Source: a virus (taxonomy: Duplodnaviria; Caudoviricetes). Taken from it: a DNA stretch of 53,953 nt. The notes below the pieces were generated by a model that worked only from the letters and a program-made list of their open reading frames with translations, was not told the origin of the DNA and ran no database searches. Of the stretch, positions 19,861-30,987 are shown in pieces. Positions within the stretch are counted from its first letter, which is position 1, and each line of letters starts with the position of its first letter. Made by a program: the position numbers and the translations under genes. The DNA lies in the IMG/VR virus record IMGVR_UViG_3300005077_000028, positions 1 to 53,953 of that record. The stretch is one strand, 5' to 3'.

Positions 19861-20545
19861 ATCTCCTATTAATAATACTATTATTTGTTTTTTCTATTTT
19901 TTCACGAGTAGATTTTAATTCAATTATAGCTTTAGAAATATATTCCTTTTCTTTATTTTGTGCTTCATTTAACATATATATAGTACCAATAATTATAGAG
20001 ACCGCTTTTAATGCATTTAATTCTGTATTTCCCCACTCTCTTTCTTCATCACAATTATCAAACCCAACAAACCCTAATAACATACTATTAGGGCATATCA
20101 AAGGTAATATCAATATCGATTTTGTATCCATTTTACTTAAAATTTTTCTATCTATTTCTGGTAAATCTTTAATAGATGAATTTATACACTTACAATTTTC
20201 AATATTATCAAATATATATGGTACATTATCTTCATAAAAAATAACATTACCAAAATATTGTTTTAACGAAATACACTCATTTTTATCCCATTCATTCTCA
20301 CATTCATAATATATTAAACCATCCTTTTCTACCCGTTTAAAAAAATACGCTCTATTAGCTTTAGTTAACTCTCCAAACCTATATAATATCTTATTATAAT
20401 CTACTATAGATAAATCCTTCTGCTGTAATAACCAATTCAAAGTTTTAACCAACCTAAATAAAATATTATTAGCTCTATCTAAATCTAACATAAATTCAGG
20501 AAAAATCTTTTCATTTAAAATTTTAATTTCATTAGGAGTCATCAT
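19841..20545 (-). CDS. GAF-domain protein
   Basis: ANRAYFF, ENEW, KSILILPL, LLGFVGFDNC..ERE W...E...L resemble GAF sensor domains of histidine kinases. Confidence 0.75.
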   Translation of the reverse strand: MMTPNEIKILNEKIFPEFMLDLDRANNILFRLVKTLNWLLQQKDLSIVDYNKILYRFGELTKANRAYFFKRVEKDGLIYYECENEWDKNECISLKQYFGNVIFYEDNVPYIFDNIENCKCINSSIKDLPEIDRKILSKMDTKSILILPLICPNSMLLGFVGFDNCDEEREWGNTELNALKAVSIIIGTIYMLNEAQNKEKEYISKAIIELKSTREKIEKTNNSIINRRFAYNEF

Positions 20546-20607
20546 AATAAACCTACTTAACTTTTAAATCAAATTTTAATACTTTATATATAATTTTAAA
20601 ATTCATT

Positions 20608-20916
20608 TTATAACTCCAATACTAACAAATTAGTTCTATGAACAAATGTATTAGTATTCTTTACTATATTCCAATATACTAAATATTCAGCCGGGATTTG
20701 TGAAGTATTTTTAGTAATCAAAGCAGTAATAACATTCTCATTTACTCCCCCAGAGGTTCCTATACTTACCGTACAATCCTCAACCTTTTCCCCATCTAAA
20801 TCTGTCACATACACAGATGCACTAGTTGGAATAAACCGAGTCTCATCTTCATTTCTTATAGATAATTCTAATGTTCTTATTTCATTCTGAAATATTGTTG
20901 CATATGTTAAACTCAT
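20608..20916 (-). CDS. small beta-rich (Ig-like) putative structural protein
   Basis: Alternating beta pattern, YLVYW. Confidence 0.55.
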   Translation of the reverse strand: MSLTYATIFQNEIRTLELSIRNEDETRFIPTSASVYVTDLDGEKVEDCTVSIGTSGGVNENVITALITKNTSQIPAEYLVYWNIVKNTNTFVHRTNLLVLEL

Positions 20917-21455
20917 ACTCCATATTCCTTTATGTCTTCTTGACTTAATGTATCCTTTCCTACCCTTTCACTTAATGTGGTATTCTTAATATTTAAAACT
21001 TTACATTTTAAATTTTTATTAATACTCTCCAATTTAGAATTATATGCATATATTTTATTACATTCTATTCCTAGTAAAATTTTTACATTAGTTTTACTAA
21101 TATCTAATGTTTTACATTTTAAATCTTTACTAATACTCTCCAAGTTAGATTTATTTGCATATATTACATCACATTCTATTCCTGGTCAAGCCTATACCAA
21201 ACATCTTTTACATCTTTAACATACCCATATTTAGATAAATTAACATCTACATTTTTTAATACTTTACTAAATACCTCTAAAATATATTTATGGTATTTTT
21301 CAATAGGAAATTTATTTTGTTTTCATCCATTTATCGAAAATAGTAAATTTATTACCTAATCTAGATTTGTAATTCATTGAAATATTAGATATTTCTTGAT
21401 CTATGTCTTGAATGTTAAGAATGTTTCGTTCTACCAAATATTACCGAAACCTCAT
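20913..21455 (-). pseudogene. decayed copy A of the tagged PcfJ/LRR-like gene
   Basis: ATG 21455 reads MRFR*YLVE. Internal deletions remove the PcfJ part. Segments are near-identical to 28277-28753 and 53579-53953. Confidence 0.8.
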
Positions 21456-22132
21456 TTTAATTTGTTTTCTCCATCTAAGTATTGATAAACATATTTTATA
21501 TATTTTTTGAATGCTAAAGAGTTTTTATCAATAGTTAATATATAAGATCGTAAAGATTGTGGTATATTACTATTATCAAGATTGATATTTTTAATATTTT
21601 TTAAAACATTATATGCTTGGTTTTTTGTATAATGTAAATTATAAAATTCTATAGCAGTATCTTTAGCATAAGCCATTATTTCATGTTTATTGTTTAATTG
21701 ATCTATTAATGTATCATCGAGTGTATTATATTTTGCTTTATTATTTGAACGCTTTGTTTGTATAATATGTACTATTTCATGTGATATTATTTCATCTAAT
21801 ACATCAATAAAAATATTTAATCTATCTTTATTCATAAATGTATTAAAAATATTTTTCGAACATTCTATTTCTATTGTATTACTATTTTTTAATTTACTAG
21901 ATCCTTCAATACCAACAAATGATGCTTTTTTACCAGAACTATGTCTATATTTACCTATATCTTCAATATATTTAATATATAATTTTTCTTCATCCATATT
22001 AATAGGTGAAATATTATTTAAATTATTTAATGAATTAAATTTTCTAAATAATTTTTTTATATCATTTAAATATGGTGTTATTATTGAATGATCAAAATTA
22101 ATCATTTCTATTAAATATTGTTGAAATTTCAT
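21452..22132 (-). CDS. tagged putative internal head protein with HExxH metallopeptidase motif
   Basis: MKFQQYLIE; ISHEIVHIIQ...HEIMAYA. Confidence 0.7.
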   Translation of the reverse strand: MKFQQYLIEMINFDHSIITPYLNDIKKLFRKFNSLNNLNNISPINMDEEKLYIKYIEDIGKYRHSSGKKASFVGIEGSSKLKNSNTIEIECSKNIFNTFMNKDRLNIFIDVLDEIISHEIVHIIQTKRSNNKAKYNTLDDTLIDQLNNKHEIMAYAKDTAIEFYNLHYTKNQAYNVLKNIKNINLDNSNIPQSLRSYILTIDKNSLAFKKYIKYVYQYLDGENKLK

Positions 22133-22557
22133 AATTGTTCTTCTTTAATTCTTTTTAATATTGTTTTATAATCTAGTTTTAATATATCTTCAGGATTATC
22201 AAATTTACTAAAATAAATCATTATTTTTTTAATATTTTTAAAAAATGTTAATGTATATGAAAATATAACAATATCAGATAATTCAGATTCTTTAAACCAA
22301 TCTGGGTATTCTATTCTATATTTTATGGCAGCTTGGTATCGTTTTATATTTTCTTCTGAATATGGAATATATAAATCCTTATCAACCGCAAAATTCAAAA
22401 TATATTCTTTTAAATTATCCGAAATCCATTTTTCCATATATTTAATATTTTTATGATCTTTAAGATTTTGATATAATTCTTTTACTAATTGTTCTATTAC
22501 ATCATCAACTGATTTAACATTTAAAATCTTACGATTTATATATTTTTCAAATTTCAT
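22129..22557 (-). CDS. tagged protein homologous to the N-terminal domain of 27594..28753
   Basis: MKFEKYIN; DHKN..KWI..NLK..IL, P.WF and F..NI..IM.YF...L.Y are shared with 27594. Confidence 0.7.
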   Translation of the reverse strand: MKFEKYINRKILNVKSVDDVIEQLVKELYQNLKDHKNIKYMEKWISDNLKEYILNFAVDKDLYIPYSEENIKRYQAAIKYRIEYPDWFKESELSDIVIFSYTLTFFKNIKKIMIYFSKFDNPEDILKLDYKTILKRIKEEQL

Positions 22558-22950
22558 TTATACTCTCTGTAAATAATACCCAGATAATTTAAATGCTAAA
22601 CCTAAAATTGCGGCAATAAATATTGCCCCTAATACAACAACACCTACAGTAATTTTAATTATTTTTAAAAATACATTAGAAAAGAATTTAAATGTTTTAC
22701 CTTCTAATAAAATGCCTTCTTTAATTTCATCTTCTAATTTCATAGCTTTTCTAGTAAATTCTCTATGAAATTCTTCTCTAAGATCTTCAGGTAATCTATC
22801 TTCAAAAAACTCAGAAACTCTATTGATAGCTTTTTCTTTATCCTTGAATTTAGATAACTCTTTAATTAATTGTTTTACCTGTAATGACTTAGAAAATTTA
22901 TCAAAATCTTCTAATTCCAATTCATTTTCTAAAAATAATTTAAATTTCAT
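22558..22950 (-). CDS. tagged protein with C-terminal hydrophobic helix
   Basis: MKFKLFLENE; ITVGVVVLGAIFIAAILGLAF. Confidence 0.7.
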   Translation of the reverse strand: MKFKLFLENELELEDFDKFSKSLQVKQLIKELSKFKDKEKAINRVSEFFEDRLPEDLREEFHREFTRKAMKLEDEIKEGILLEGKTFKFFSNVFLKIIKITVGVVVLGAIFIAAILGLAFKLSGYYLQRV

Positions 22951-22952
22951 TT

Positions 22953-23330
22953 TTATTTTTCCTTTAATGTTTTAATATATTTAGATACTCCTGGAATATA
23001 TCTATCAATAAAACTCCAATTCTTTTTTAAAGATTCATTAATATAATCATCAATAATAATAGATCCAGATGAATAAATCCCACATATAATATTTCCATTA
23101 GAATAATCTTTATAATTAAATAAATGATTAATAACATCTAAATGGAAAGCTAAATCATATTTCCATATATATAAATTTTTATATGGGAAATATGCTAACC
23201 ATCTAAATGTTCTTCCGACTTCTTTAAAATCTATACCTTTAGGATTCTTATATAAATCAAAATCCATCTTTAAAATATCAGATTTAATCGTGGAATGATA
23301 TTGATCTAATAAATATTGTTCAAATTTCAT
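22953..23330 (-). CDS. tagged protein, xNP...R(W/F)...H family
   Basis: MKFEQYLLD; YKNP...FRW...KNLYIW...H. Confidence 0.7.
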   Translation of the reverse strand: MKFEQYLLDQYHSTIKSDILKMDFDLYKNPKGIDFKEVGRTFRWLAYFPYKNLYIWKYDLAFHLDVINHLFNYKDYSNGNIICGIYSSGSIIIDDYINESLKKNWSFIDRYIPGVSKYIKTLKEK

Positions 23331-23776
23331 TTTTTATTCCAAGGATTAACAATATTTTTTTGTACCCAAGTATCTAACCCAGGAAGCCATTTAATTAATT
23401 TTTTAGATAATTCTAATACTTGTTCTGCTTGTTCTTTTGTTTGTATTTTATTAGATTCTATATAAGACCAACTTAATTTAGAATTTTCTATTTTTCCTCT
23501 ATTATTATCAGCATGTCCATATAAATATTTAGGGTTAGACATTTTATCTATTCCTATTGTTTCTCTAAACCCTTCTTTATGTAATATATAATATGCATCC
23601 CAAAAGATAAACTCTTTATGATCTGGATCATAAATCCATCGTAATTTACAATTTTTTTTTACTTCTAACATTGATAATAATTCTTTTAAACTAGGGTTTT
23701 TAAATATTTCTACATATTTGTATATTTTTTTAACACCTTTAACGAATCCGTCAGTAAGATATTGTTGGAATTTCAT
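23327..23776 (-). CDS. tagged protein, xNP...R(W/F)...H family (start moved to ATG 23776)
   Basis: MKFQQYLTD; EIFKNPSLKE...LRW...KEFIFW...H. Confidence 0.7.
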   Translation of the reverse strand: MKFQQYLTDGFVKGVKKIYKYVEIFKNPSLKELLSMLEVKKNCKLRWIYDPDHKEFIFWDAYYILHKEGFRETIGIDKMSNPKYLYGHADNNRGKIENSKLSWSYIESNKIQTKEQAEQVLELSKKLIKWLPGLDTWVQKNIVNPWNKK

Positions 23777-23777
23777 A

Positions 23778-24287
23778 TTATAAATCCTCATCCAAATCAA
23801 CGATTCTCATATGTTCACCTCTAGAGGCCAATTCTTTTCTAATTTCTCTTTCTGTATCAGATTTATTAATTGCTCTATATAAATATTTACGTTTAATTTT
23901 CAATTTTTCTATTTCATGTTTTAATTTCTTAATTAAATCATATCCTTCTCGTTTACATGCAATTGGATCTTCTTGAGATGGACATTCTTTTACAATAATT
24001 TTCTCATATAATTCAATTTTACGAATATTTAATTTCATTAAACATTCTGTTAAGCATGCTTCTTTTTCATCACCAATAAAGTTTTTACATATATCATCAC
24101 ATGTTTCACCTTTTAATACATCTAAATAAATGCTTTTGGGTTTTTTAGTAAATAATTTTTTAAGTAATTGAATAAACCAACCTTCAGTAAGTAAATCTTG
24201 GGATTTTACTTTACTAACTTCTTCATATTCTTTAATTAATTGATCTATTTCCGCAATACAATCAATTTTATTAATTTTATTAATCAT
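23778..24287 (-). CDS. Cys-rich putative head protein
   Basis: LLTE gp21-type site; CDDIC...ACLTEC...EC...AC. Confidence 0.6.
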   Translation of the reverse strand: MINKINKIDCIAEIDQLIKEYEEVSKVKSQDLLTEGWFIQLLKKLFTKKPKSIYLDVLKGETCDDICKNFIGDEKEACLTECLMKLNIRKIELYEKIIVKECPSQEDPIACKREGYDLIKKLKHEIEKLKIKRKYLYRAINKSDTEREIRKELASRGEHMRIVDLDEDL

Positions 24288-24300
24288 TAAAATTCTCCTT

Positions 24301-24657
24301 CTATTTTAATTTATTAAATAATTGTACGATTTTATTAATAGCCGTTTGTTTTGTTTGAGTAATAATTTCAGGCTCAGATTCTTTTTCATTTTTTGTAGAA
24401 TTTAATGTAATCATCCCAGTTTTAGATATTCCTGTTAATACATTTCTTATTCTCTTATAATTCATTCTAGTAGATGAATTAGTTCCCAAATAATATTTTA
24501 ATAAATGAGGTTGAAATCCTCGATTATCTAATAGATCTATAAAGTCATTAAAGTCATCATTTTTAAATTTAATTTCATCTGGATTTAATAAACAATCTAA
24601 TAAAAAACTTATAACCCAATCACCTAAAGAATCATTATTTAGATCAATTTTCGCCAT
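24301..24657 (-). CDS. hypothetical protein
   Basis: First gene of the leftward late operon; AAGGAG RBS. Confidence 0.65.
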   Translation of the reverse strand: MAKIDLNNDSLGDWVISFLLDCLLNPDEIKFKNDDFNDFIDLLDNRGFQPHLLKYYLGTNSSTRMNYKRIRNVLTGISKTGMITLNSTKNEKESEPEIITQTKQTAINKIVQLFNKLK

Positions 24658-24677
24658 AAAATACTACTCCTTATTAA

Positions 24678-24706
24678 TATTTATATTTATATATTTTTTA
24701 TAAATA
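24678..24706. promoter_or_regulatory. divergent late promoters
   Basis: TATAAATA twice on minus (24678-24685, 24684-24691) and once on plus (24699-24706). Confidence 0.55.
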
Positions 24707-24735
24707 TAATTATAAAATAACTCTTGGAGTATAAT

Positions 24736-25575
24736 ATGACTAAAGAAAAATTGATAGAAATTGTTAGACGAAGATTAGGTGAACCGGTTGTAGTAGTAGA
24801 ATTAGATGATAGCCAAATATTAGATAATTTATATGAAGCTAGAGATAAATGGATTAAATGGGCGGCAGGAACAGCAACACAAGAAGTATTTTTCACAATT
24901 GCTTTATCAGGTGGGCAATCAATATATAATCTACCAACAGGAGTAACTAATGTTATCAATTATTCAATTGATGTAGGATTAGGAAATATTAATACGTTAT
25001 TTACTTTAGATAACTACTTATATAATGAAGGATATTATGAAGCATTATTATCTGGTGGCACCGCAGACGGATATTCATTAATAAGTTATCAAATTGCTAG
25101 AGATTTCCTAGATACAGTTGCAAAATATAAAGTAGATGCTTATAATTTCAAATATCATAAATATACAAACCAATTAGAAATTCAGCCAACCCCTAAATGT
25201 GGAAATTCATTAGTCATTCCAGAACAAACTGCATGTAATGGAACTATAATCCCATCTAGAACATTAGATTCACCTGGATTCATTTTATTAGATACATTTA
25301 TGATTGCTGGATCTACATTAAATGATTATGATGCTGATTCAAATAATCAATCTATATTTAATGAAGATTGGATTATTGATTATACATATGCATTAAGTAT
25401 GAGACAATTAGGTATAATCAGACGTAAATTTAGTCAATTTGCATCTTTAGGTAATACTGGGATTGCATTAGATGGTGATCAATTAGTATCAGAAGCAGAT
25501 ACTATGATAGAAAAACTAGATGAAGAATTAAAACTTAAAGAACCATCAATTGGATATGGTATTTTAATCGGATAA
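24736..25575 (+). CDS. gp13: neck protein, gp13-like
   Basis: RRRLGEPVVVVELDDSQI, WIIDYTYAL...G..RRKF, LDGDQLVSEA, ends ILIG. Confidence 0.9.
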   Translation: MTKEKLIEIVRRRLGEPVVVVELDDSQILDNLYEARDKWIKWAAGTATQEVFFTIALSGGQSIYNLPTGVTNVINYSIDVGLGNINTLFTLDNYLYNEGYYEALLSGGTADGYSLISYQIARDFLDTVAKYKVDAYNFKYHKYTNQLEIQPTPKCGNSLVIPEQTACNGTIIPSRTLDSPGFILLDTFMIAGSTLNDYDADSNNQSIFNEDWIIDYTYALSMRQLGIIRRKFSQFASLGNTGIALDGDQLVSEADTMIEKLDEELKLKEPSIGYGILIG

Positions 25576-25592
25576 AAAAGAATTAAAATAAG

Positions 25593-25623
25593 CTATTTAC
25601 ATTTTATATAAACATGTTATAAT
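25593..25623 (+). promoter_or_regulatory. early promoter
   Basis: CTATTTAC-N17-TATAAT with TG extension. Confidence 0.75.
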
Positions 25624-25656
25624 TATATTAAAAGGAGAATTTGTGAAGTGACATAT

Positions 25657-26987
25657 ATGAATACTGCATTCAAGATTCTAGAAAAAATAGAATCTTTAGG
25701 GTATAAAGCATATATTGTCGGTGGTTCAGTTAGAGATTTAATTTTAGATGCCCACTACATGATATAGATATAGCAACAAATTGTCCAATCCAAATTTTAG
25801 AATCTATATATAATATTAATGATATAGGAAAATCAAAAGATTTTGGAATAATAGTAATTAATGTTAATAATTACTCTTTTGAAATTGCTCAATTTAGAAG
25901 TGAATCTGAATATAATGGAAGACACCCTTCTAATGTAAAATTAATATCTTCATTTAAAGAAGATGCTTCCCGTAGAGATTTTACTATTAATGCTATGGGA
26001 TTAAATTCTAAAAATAAAATCATTGATTTTTATAATGGAAAACAAGATATAGAAGATAAAATTATACGAACGGTTGGAAATCCTTATGAAAGATTTTCTG
26101 AAGATTATTTAAGAATTATTAGAGCATGTAGATTTGCAGCTAAATTAAATTTTATTATTGATAAAGGGACATTTAAAGCAGGAAGAAAATTAAGAAGAAA
26201 CATTCTTTATTTATCTAAAGAGCGTATTAAAAATGAATTTATGAAAGCGGCTATAAGTGGTCCAATACTTTCCAGATTCATTAAAAATTTAGATAAAATG
26301 AGAATATTAAGTTTAATTATCCCTGAATTAATTTCAATGAAAGGAATGACTCAACGTAGAGATTATCACCCTGAAGGAGATGTATACGATCATACTCATG
26401 CTGCTTTAAATATTAGTGAAAGTAATGATCCTATTGTAAATTTAGGAATATTATTTCATGATATTGGTAAATGTGTAGCATTCGGTAGAAGTATTCATGG
26501 GACAACCTCATATTATGGACATGACACTCTAGGGGGAAATATTATAAATAATATTAGTAAACGTATAAAATTTAGTAATGAAGAACAAGAAATTCTTCAT
26601 TTTATCGTAATAAATCATATGAAAATTGGTAAAATCAATAAAATGAAGAAGTCTAAAATTTATAAATATGTTATTCACCCTTATTTTGATAAAATTATTC
26701 ATGTTGTAAGAGTAGATAATGCATGCAGAGGTGATATAGCATTAAGTAAAGAAAAACACTTAGAAATTATTAATAAAGCTTTACAATTAAAAGATACATA
26801 TTTTGAAAAAAAAGAAAAATTAGTTGACGGAAACGTTGTAATGCAACTTACAGGATTAACTCCTAGTAAAAATGTTGGATTAATTATTAACAAAGTATCA
26901 GATTGGATAATTGACAATGAAATAAATGATACTAAATTAATAAACAAAAAAATAATGGAGACATATGAAAAATTAAATGAGATTTAA
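25657..26987 (+). pseudogene. cca: CCA-adding enzyme/tRNA nucleotidyltransferase with HD domain, frameshifted near 25750
   Basis: One frame gives YIVGGSVRDLIL and then stops. A second frame gives HDIDIATN...EIAQFRSE...RRDFTINAM and runs into ORF 25995 (EDYLRIIR, ERI..E, HPEGDVYDH, FHDIGK). Confidence 0.85.
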
Positions 26988-27597
26988 TAATTATTTACTA
27001 GAAAATAAAAAATGGGCATATCATTCTGTTATTGGACAGGATAATATACCCATAAATATTGAATTAATTAATGATATTAAAAAGAATTGTTCTGAAATAT
27101 TAAATTTATATAAGAAAAATGATAATTTTTTATATAGAGGAATACATTCTATTGATTTTATAGAATTAAAAACTCCTAGAACTGATAGAAAACCAGTAAG
27201 TACTCCTCCTGAAATACACAGATTTTTAGATAAAGAATTTTATGATTTATATGGGTGGAAAGCAAGATCTGAAGCAGTATTTGCTATTAATAATAAAATG
27301 ACAGCAGGATTATATGGAAACGAATATATCGTTTTACCATTTAATGGATATAAATTTTTATATAATAAAGATGTAGAGGATCTATTAGCATGGTCTAAAG
27401 CTAGTAAAGGATTAGGTACATTAGATGAATATACATATGATGAAATTGTACAAAATATTACTAAAAATAAAATATTAGAGAATTATACAAATAAAAATTT
27501 AGAATATCTATTAAAAACCAAAAGAACAATTGAATTAATGTTTAAATGTTCTAAATATTATTTAATTAAATTTATTGATTGGCAGTGGTTTAAATGA
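26977..27597 (+). CDS. tagged ADP-ribosyltransferase-like paralog 1
   Basis: MRFNNYLLE; FLYRG, DRKP..TP.EIH, YGWKARSEAVFA, YG, IELMFKC. Confidence 0.6.
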   Translation: MRFNNYLLENKKWAYHSVIGQDNIPINIELINDIKKNCSEILNLYKKNDNFLYRGIHSIDFIELKTPRTDRKPVSTPPEIHRFLDKEFYDLYGWKARSEAVFAINNKMTAGLYGNEYIVLPFNGYKFLYNKDVEDLLAWSKASKGLGTLDEYTYDEIVQNITKNKILENYTNKNLEYLLKTKRTIELMFKCSKYYLIKFIDWQWFK

Positions 27598-28753
27598 GAT
27601 TTTGACAATATTTAATAGAAGCTAATATAGTAAATAATTATCATATAGATAAAATATTAGATAATTGCACATTTGCGGTTTCTAATAATCACAGAGATCA
27701 TCAAAATTTAAGATTATTTTTTAAATGGATAAAAACCAATTTAAAAAATTCGATATTAAGACAAAAAGTTAATTCGTTAATATTTACTAAAGTTAAATCT
27801 GAAAAATATATAATGAATATTGATTCGAAATGGAAAAACCCTACATGGTTTGATAATGCAATTAAAAAAAATGATGATTTAATTTTAATTGGACCAGATA
27901 AACCAATAACGTTTTATCAAAATATCAATCATATAATGGATTATTTTGCAAGTTTAAATACCCCTCAAATTATATTCAAATTAGGGTATAATGAAGCATT
28001 ACGAAATGCAAACCAATGGACTAAAGAACTAGCAAAAAGGAAAGGGGATTTAGGCGGAATAGAGTTAATTAGTAAATTATCTGATGGATTTACTTTAGTT
28101 AAATTGTTAACTAAAGCTGCGTGTGAACATGAAGGCAATATCATGGGACACTGTGTTGCTTCTTACGGTGAAAAAGTTGAATTTGGAAAAACATCTGTAT
28201 ATTCAATAAGAGATAATAAAGATGAGTCACATGTCTCAATTGAAATCAAAAATAATACAGTTACCCAAATTAAAAGAAAACAAAATCAATTCCCGGTTGA
28301 AAAATACCATAAATATATTTTAGAGGTATTTAGTAAAATATTGAAAAATGTAGATGTTAATTTATCTGAATATGGGTTTGTTAAAGATGTGAAAGGGGTT
28401 TGGTATAGGATTGAAGATATGCCTGAGGGTATTAAAATAAAAGGTGATTTAGATATTCAAGGAACTAATATGAAGAGTTTACCGGGAATAGAATGTGATA
28501 AAATATATGCATATGGATCTAAATTGGAGAGTATTAGTAAAGATTTAAAATGTAAAGATTTAAGTATTCGTTTTACTAATGTAAAAATTTTACTGGAAAT
28601 AGAATGTGATGAAATATATGCATATAATTCTAAATTGGAGAGTATTAGTAAAGATTTGAAATGTAAAACATTAGATATTGGTAATACACCATTAAGTAAA
28701 AGGTAGGAAAGGATAAATTAAGTCAAGAAGACATAAAGGAATATGGAGTATGA
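27594..28753 (+). pseudogene. tagged PcfJ-like + LRR-like protein (copy B); TGA at codon 4 and a 1-nt deletion near the 3' end
   Basis: ATG AGA TTT TGA CAA TAT TTA ATA GAA is in frame with ORF 27813. EGNIMGHCVASY is PcfJ-like; about 21-aa Leu-rich repeats follow. The tail VGKDKLSQEDIKEYGV is in a shifted frame. Confidence 0.75.
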
Positions 28754-29289
28754 AGTTTTTAAAGTATTTACAAGAGGAGTTTGTTACATCGTTTAAATCT
28801 GAGTATGGTGGGATGTATACTGAGGTATTTGTTAATCCTTCAAGTAAAGAGATGAAAGCCGCGTGTGAATCTGGGGTAATATCTAATAATTTTTTTAGAT
28901 TTACTGCAATGTATAATAGTAAAAAGTTATATATATTTAATCCTGATGTTATACATGATGAGGCAATGACTAAGTTGAGGATTGATTTATGGCCTAGAAG
29001 AAATCCGCCATTGCATTTTTCAGGAATAGCAATATTAAAAGGAAATATTGCATATTATCATAGTAGTGATTGGTTAATGTCACCAGGTTTATTTGCTGGG
29101 GAAATTAAAAAACTATCAATGAATAAAGATGTAGTTAATTGGGCGGTACATTTAGTATATGCAGATTGGTCATGGGCAGAAAATTATATTCAAGGATTAA
29201 ATAAAGCATTATTACCATATAGAAAAGTGTTAAAAAATATTAATATAGATAATTATAAATGGGATAAAAATGTTAAAATTAAAAAGTAG
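28750..29289 (+). CDS. tagged protein, xNP...R(W/F)...H family
   Basis: MKFLKYLQEE; EVFVNPSSKE...FRF...KKLYIF...IH. Confidence 0.7.
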   Translation: MKFLKYLQEEFVTSFKSEYGGMYTEVFVNPSSKEMKAACESGVISNNFFRFTAMYNSKKLYIFNPDVIHDEAMTKLRIDLWPRRNPPLHFSGIAILKGNIAYYHSSDWLMSPGLFAGEIKKLSMNKDVVNWAVHLVYADWSWAENYIQGLNKALLPYRKVLKNINIDNYKWDKNVKIKK

Positions 29290-29683
29290 AAAAAATTTAT
29301 CTAGAGAGAAAACTAAAAAATTAATTGATAGGTGGAAAAAAACTAAAGATGAGGATGAGCCAAATTGGTATCAACCTTTTATATATGAATCTGAGTTAAT
29401 TTTATTTGTAGAAGAAGACAATAAAATTATTGCTGGGTGTTCATTAGTTATAGATTCTAATGAAGCATATATATGTCAAATTACATCTAGAAAACCTGGG
29501 TGTGGATCTATAATGTTACAAACTATATTAGATAAAGTTAAAGTCCCTGAAATATATTGTAATGTTAAAACTAAAGAAGGATATAGGTTAGTTTCTAAAT
29601 TTGGTTTTCAAGAAATTGTAGGGTGGGTTTCACATATTGGCCCTGAAATGAGATATTATACTGGAGTAAAAAATGAAATTTAA
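29270..29683 (+). CDS. GNAT-like acetyltransferase
   Basis: IIAGC, AYICQI.S.KPGCGS.ML, L..KFGF. Confidence 0.65.
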   Translation: MLKLKSRKNLSREKTKKLIDRWKKTKDEDEPNWYQPFIYESELILFVEEDNKIIAGCSLVIDSNEAYICQITSRKPGCGSIMLQTILDKVKVPEIYCNVKTKEGYRLVSKFGFQEIVGWVSHIGPEMRYYTGVKNEI

Positions 29684-29981
29684 CGAATATTTAAATGAAC
29701 AATTGACAAATTTAGATGTTATAACATCTAAATTTTTGATTAAAGGTATAGAATTAACCGATGAAAATATTAAAAAATTTTTAATTAAAAATGGGTACGT
29801 TAAAATTAAATTTGGTAATACAATAAATAAAAAAATATTTAATATAGAATTAACATTTCATCCTTTTGAATTTTCAGATGATGATGGCGATTATTATGGA
29901 ATATATGAACCTACTAAATCATTATTAAAAATGAATAATAAATCATTTATAAATAAAATAAATACATTATTTAAATCATGA
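29673..29981 (+). CDS. tagged hypothetical protein
   Basis: MKFNEYLNE. Confidence 0.65.
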   Translation: MKFNEYLNEQLTNLDVITSKFLIKGIELTDENIKKFLIKNGYVKIKFGNTINKKIFNIELTFHPFEFSDDDGDYYGIYEPTKSLLKMNNKSFINKINTLFKS

Positions 29982-30159
29982 GATATATAAAAGAAAAAAT
30001 ATTTTATATAATATTATAAAAATACCAATTGGAATAATTTAGAATATATTTTTAACCAAAAAATGGCTTAGAATAAAAAATTAGGGTGTAATTGTAACCT
30101 ATCATGGAGATATTATTTTTGAAGATGTAAATAAAAATTTTTAATAAAAGGAAATTTGT

Positions 30160-30987
30160 ATGAGTGGAAATATGTTTCAAGGAACATCACAAATTTGTGA
30201 TGATAATACTTTATATGAAGTTAAATCTTTTATTAATGATGAGTTTTATTTTAGATTATCTTCATTAATATCTGAATATAAATTTGTTGGATCCTCTGCA
30301 CATGAAATCATTAGACCTATTAATGATATAGATATTGTTTATAAAGCTTCAGAAAATACTAAATTAGATTTATATTTTAAACATAATAAAATAAAGACTT
30401 TTAAAGATTTTATTTTATTTCAATTTTCAAAATATGAAACTAGAGTAGTAGGAGATTTAATATCTATCTGTTTAAAACTAGATAATGGAAAAAAATATCA
30501 AGTAGATATTAATTTAGTAGATGATTTAAAATATGCACAATTTTCATATTATTCAGACCCTACATCAAAATATAAAAGTTTATATAGAAATGAACTTTTA
30601 TTTCACCTGGCTCACATAATTAGTTTAAAAAAATTAAATTTATATGAATACTCAAGATATTGGTATGATCTAAATAAAGGATTATTATTTGGTAAAATAT
30701 CATATAAAGGTAAAAATGGGGTTCTTAAAAATCCTAGAAAAATTTGGCAAATTCCTATAACTAAAGATCCATTAACTATTGTTAAAATTTTATTATCAAA
30801 TGAAGCAAAATTAACAGATGCTAATTCATTTGAAAGTATTTTAGATATAATATTATCTCCGAAATTTAATTTTGATTCAATAATATTAAAAGAAGTATTA
30901 GAATTAACTATTAAAGGATTAAAAAAGAAAAAAGTAAATATTCCCGATGAATTATTAAATATAGGAGGTAAAATTGGAATATTTTAA
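30160..30987 (+). CDS. Pol-beta-superfamily nucleotidyltransferase
   Basis: FVGS...NDIDIV and third acidic residue in YQVD. Confidence 0.75.
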   Translation: MSGNMFQGTSQICDDNTLYEVKSFINDEFYFRLSSLISEYKFVGSSAHEIIRPINDIDIVYKASENTKLDLYFKHNKIKTFKDFILFQFSKYETRVVGDLISICLKLDNGKKYQVDINLVDDLKYAQFSYYSDPTSKYKSLYRNELLFHLAHIISLKKLNLYEYSRYWYDLNKGLLFGKISYKGKNGVLKNPRKIWQIPITKDPLTIVKILLSNEAKLTDANSFESILDIILSPKFNFDSIILKEVLELTIKGLKKKKVNIPDELLNIGGKIGIF

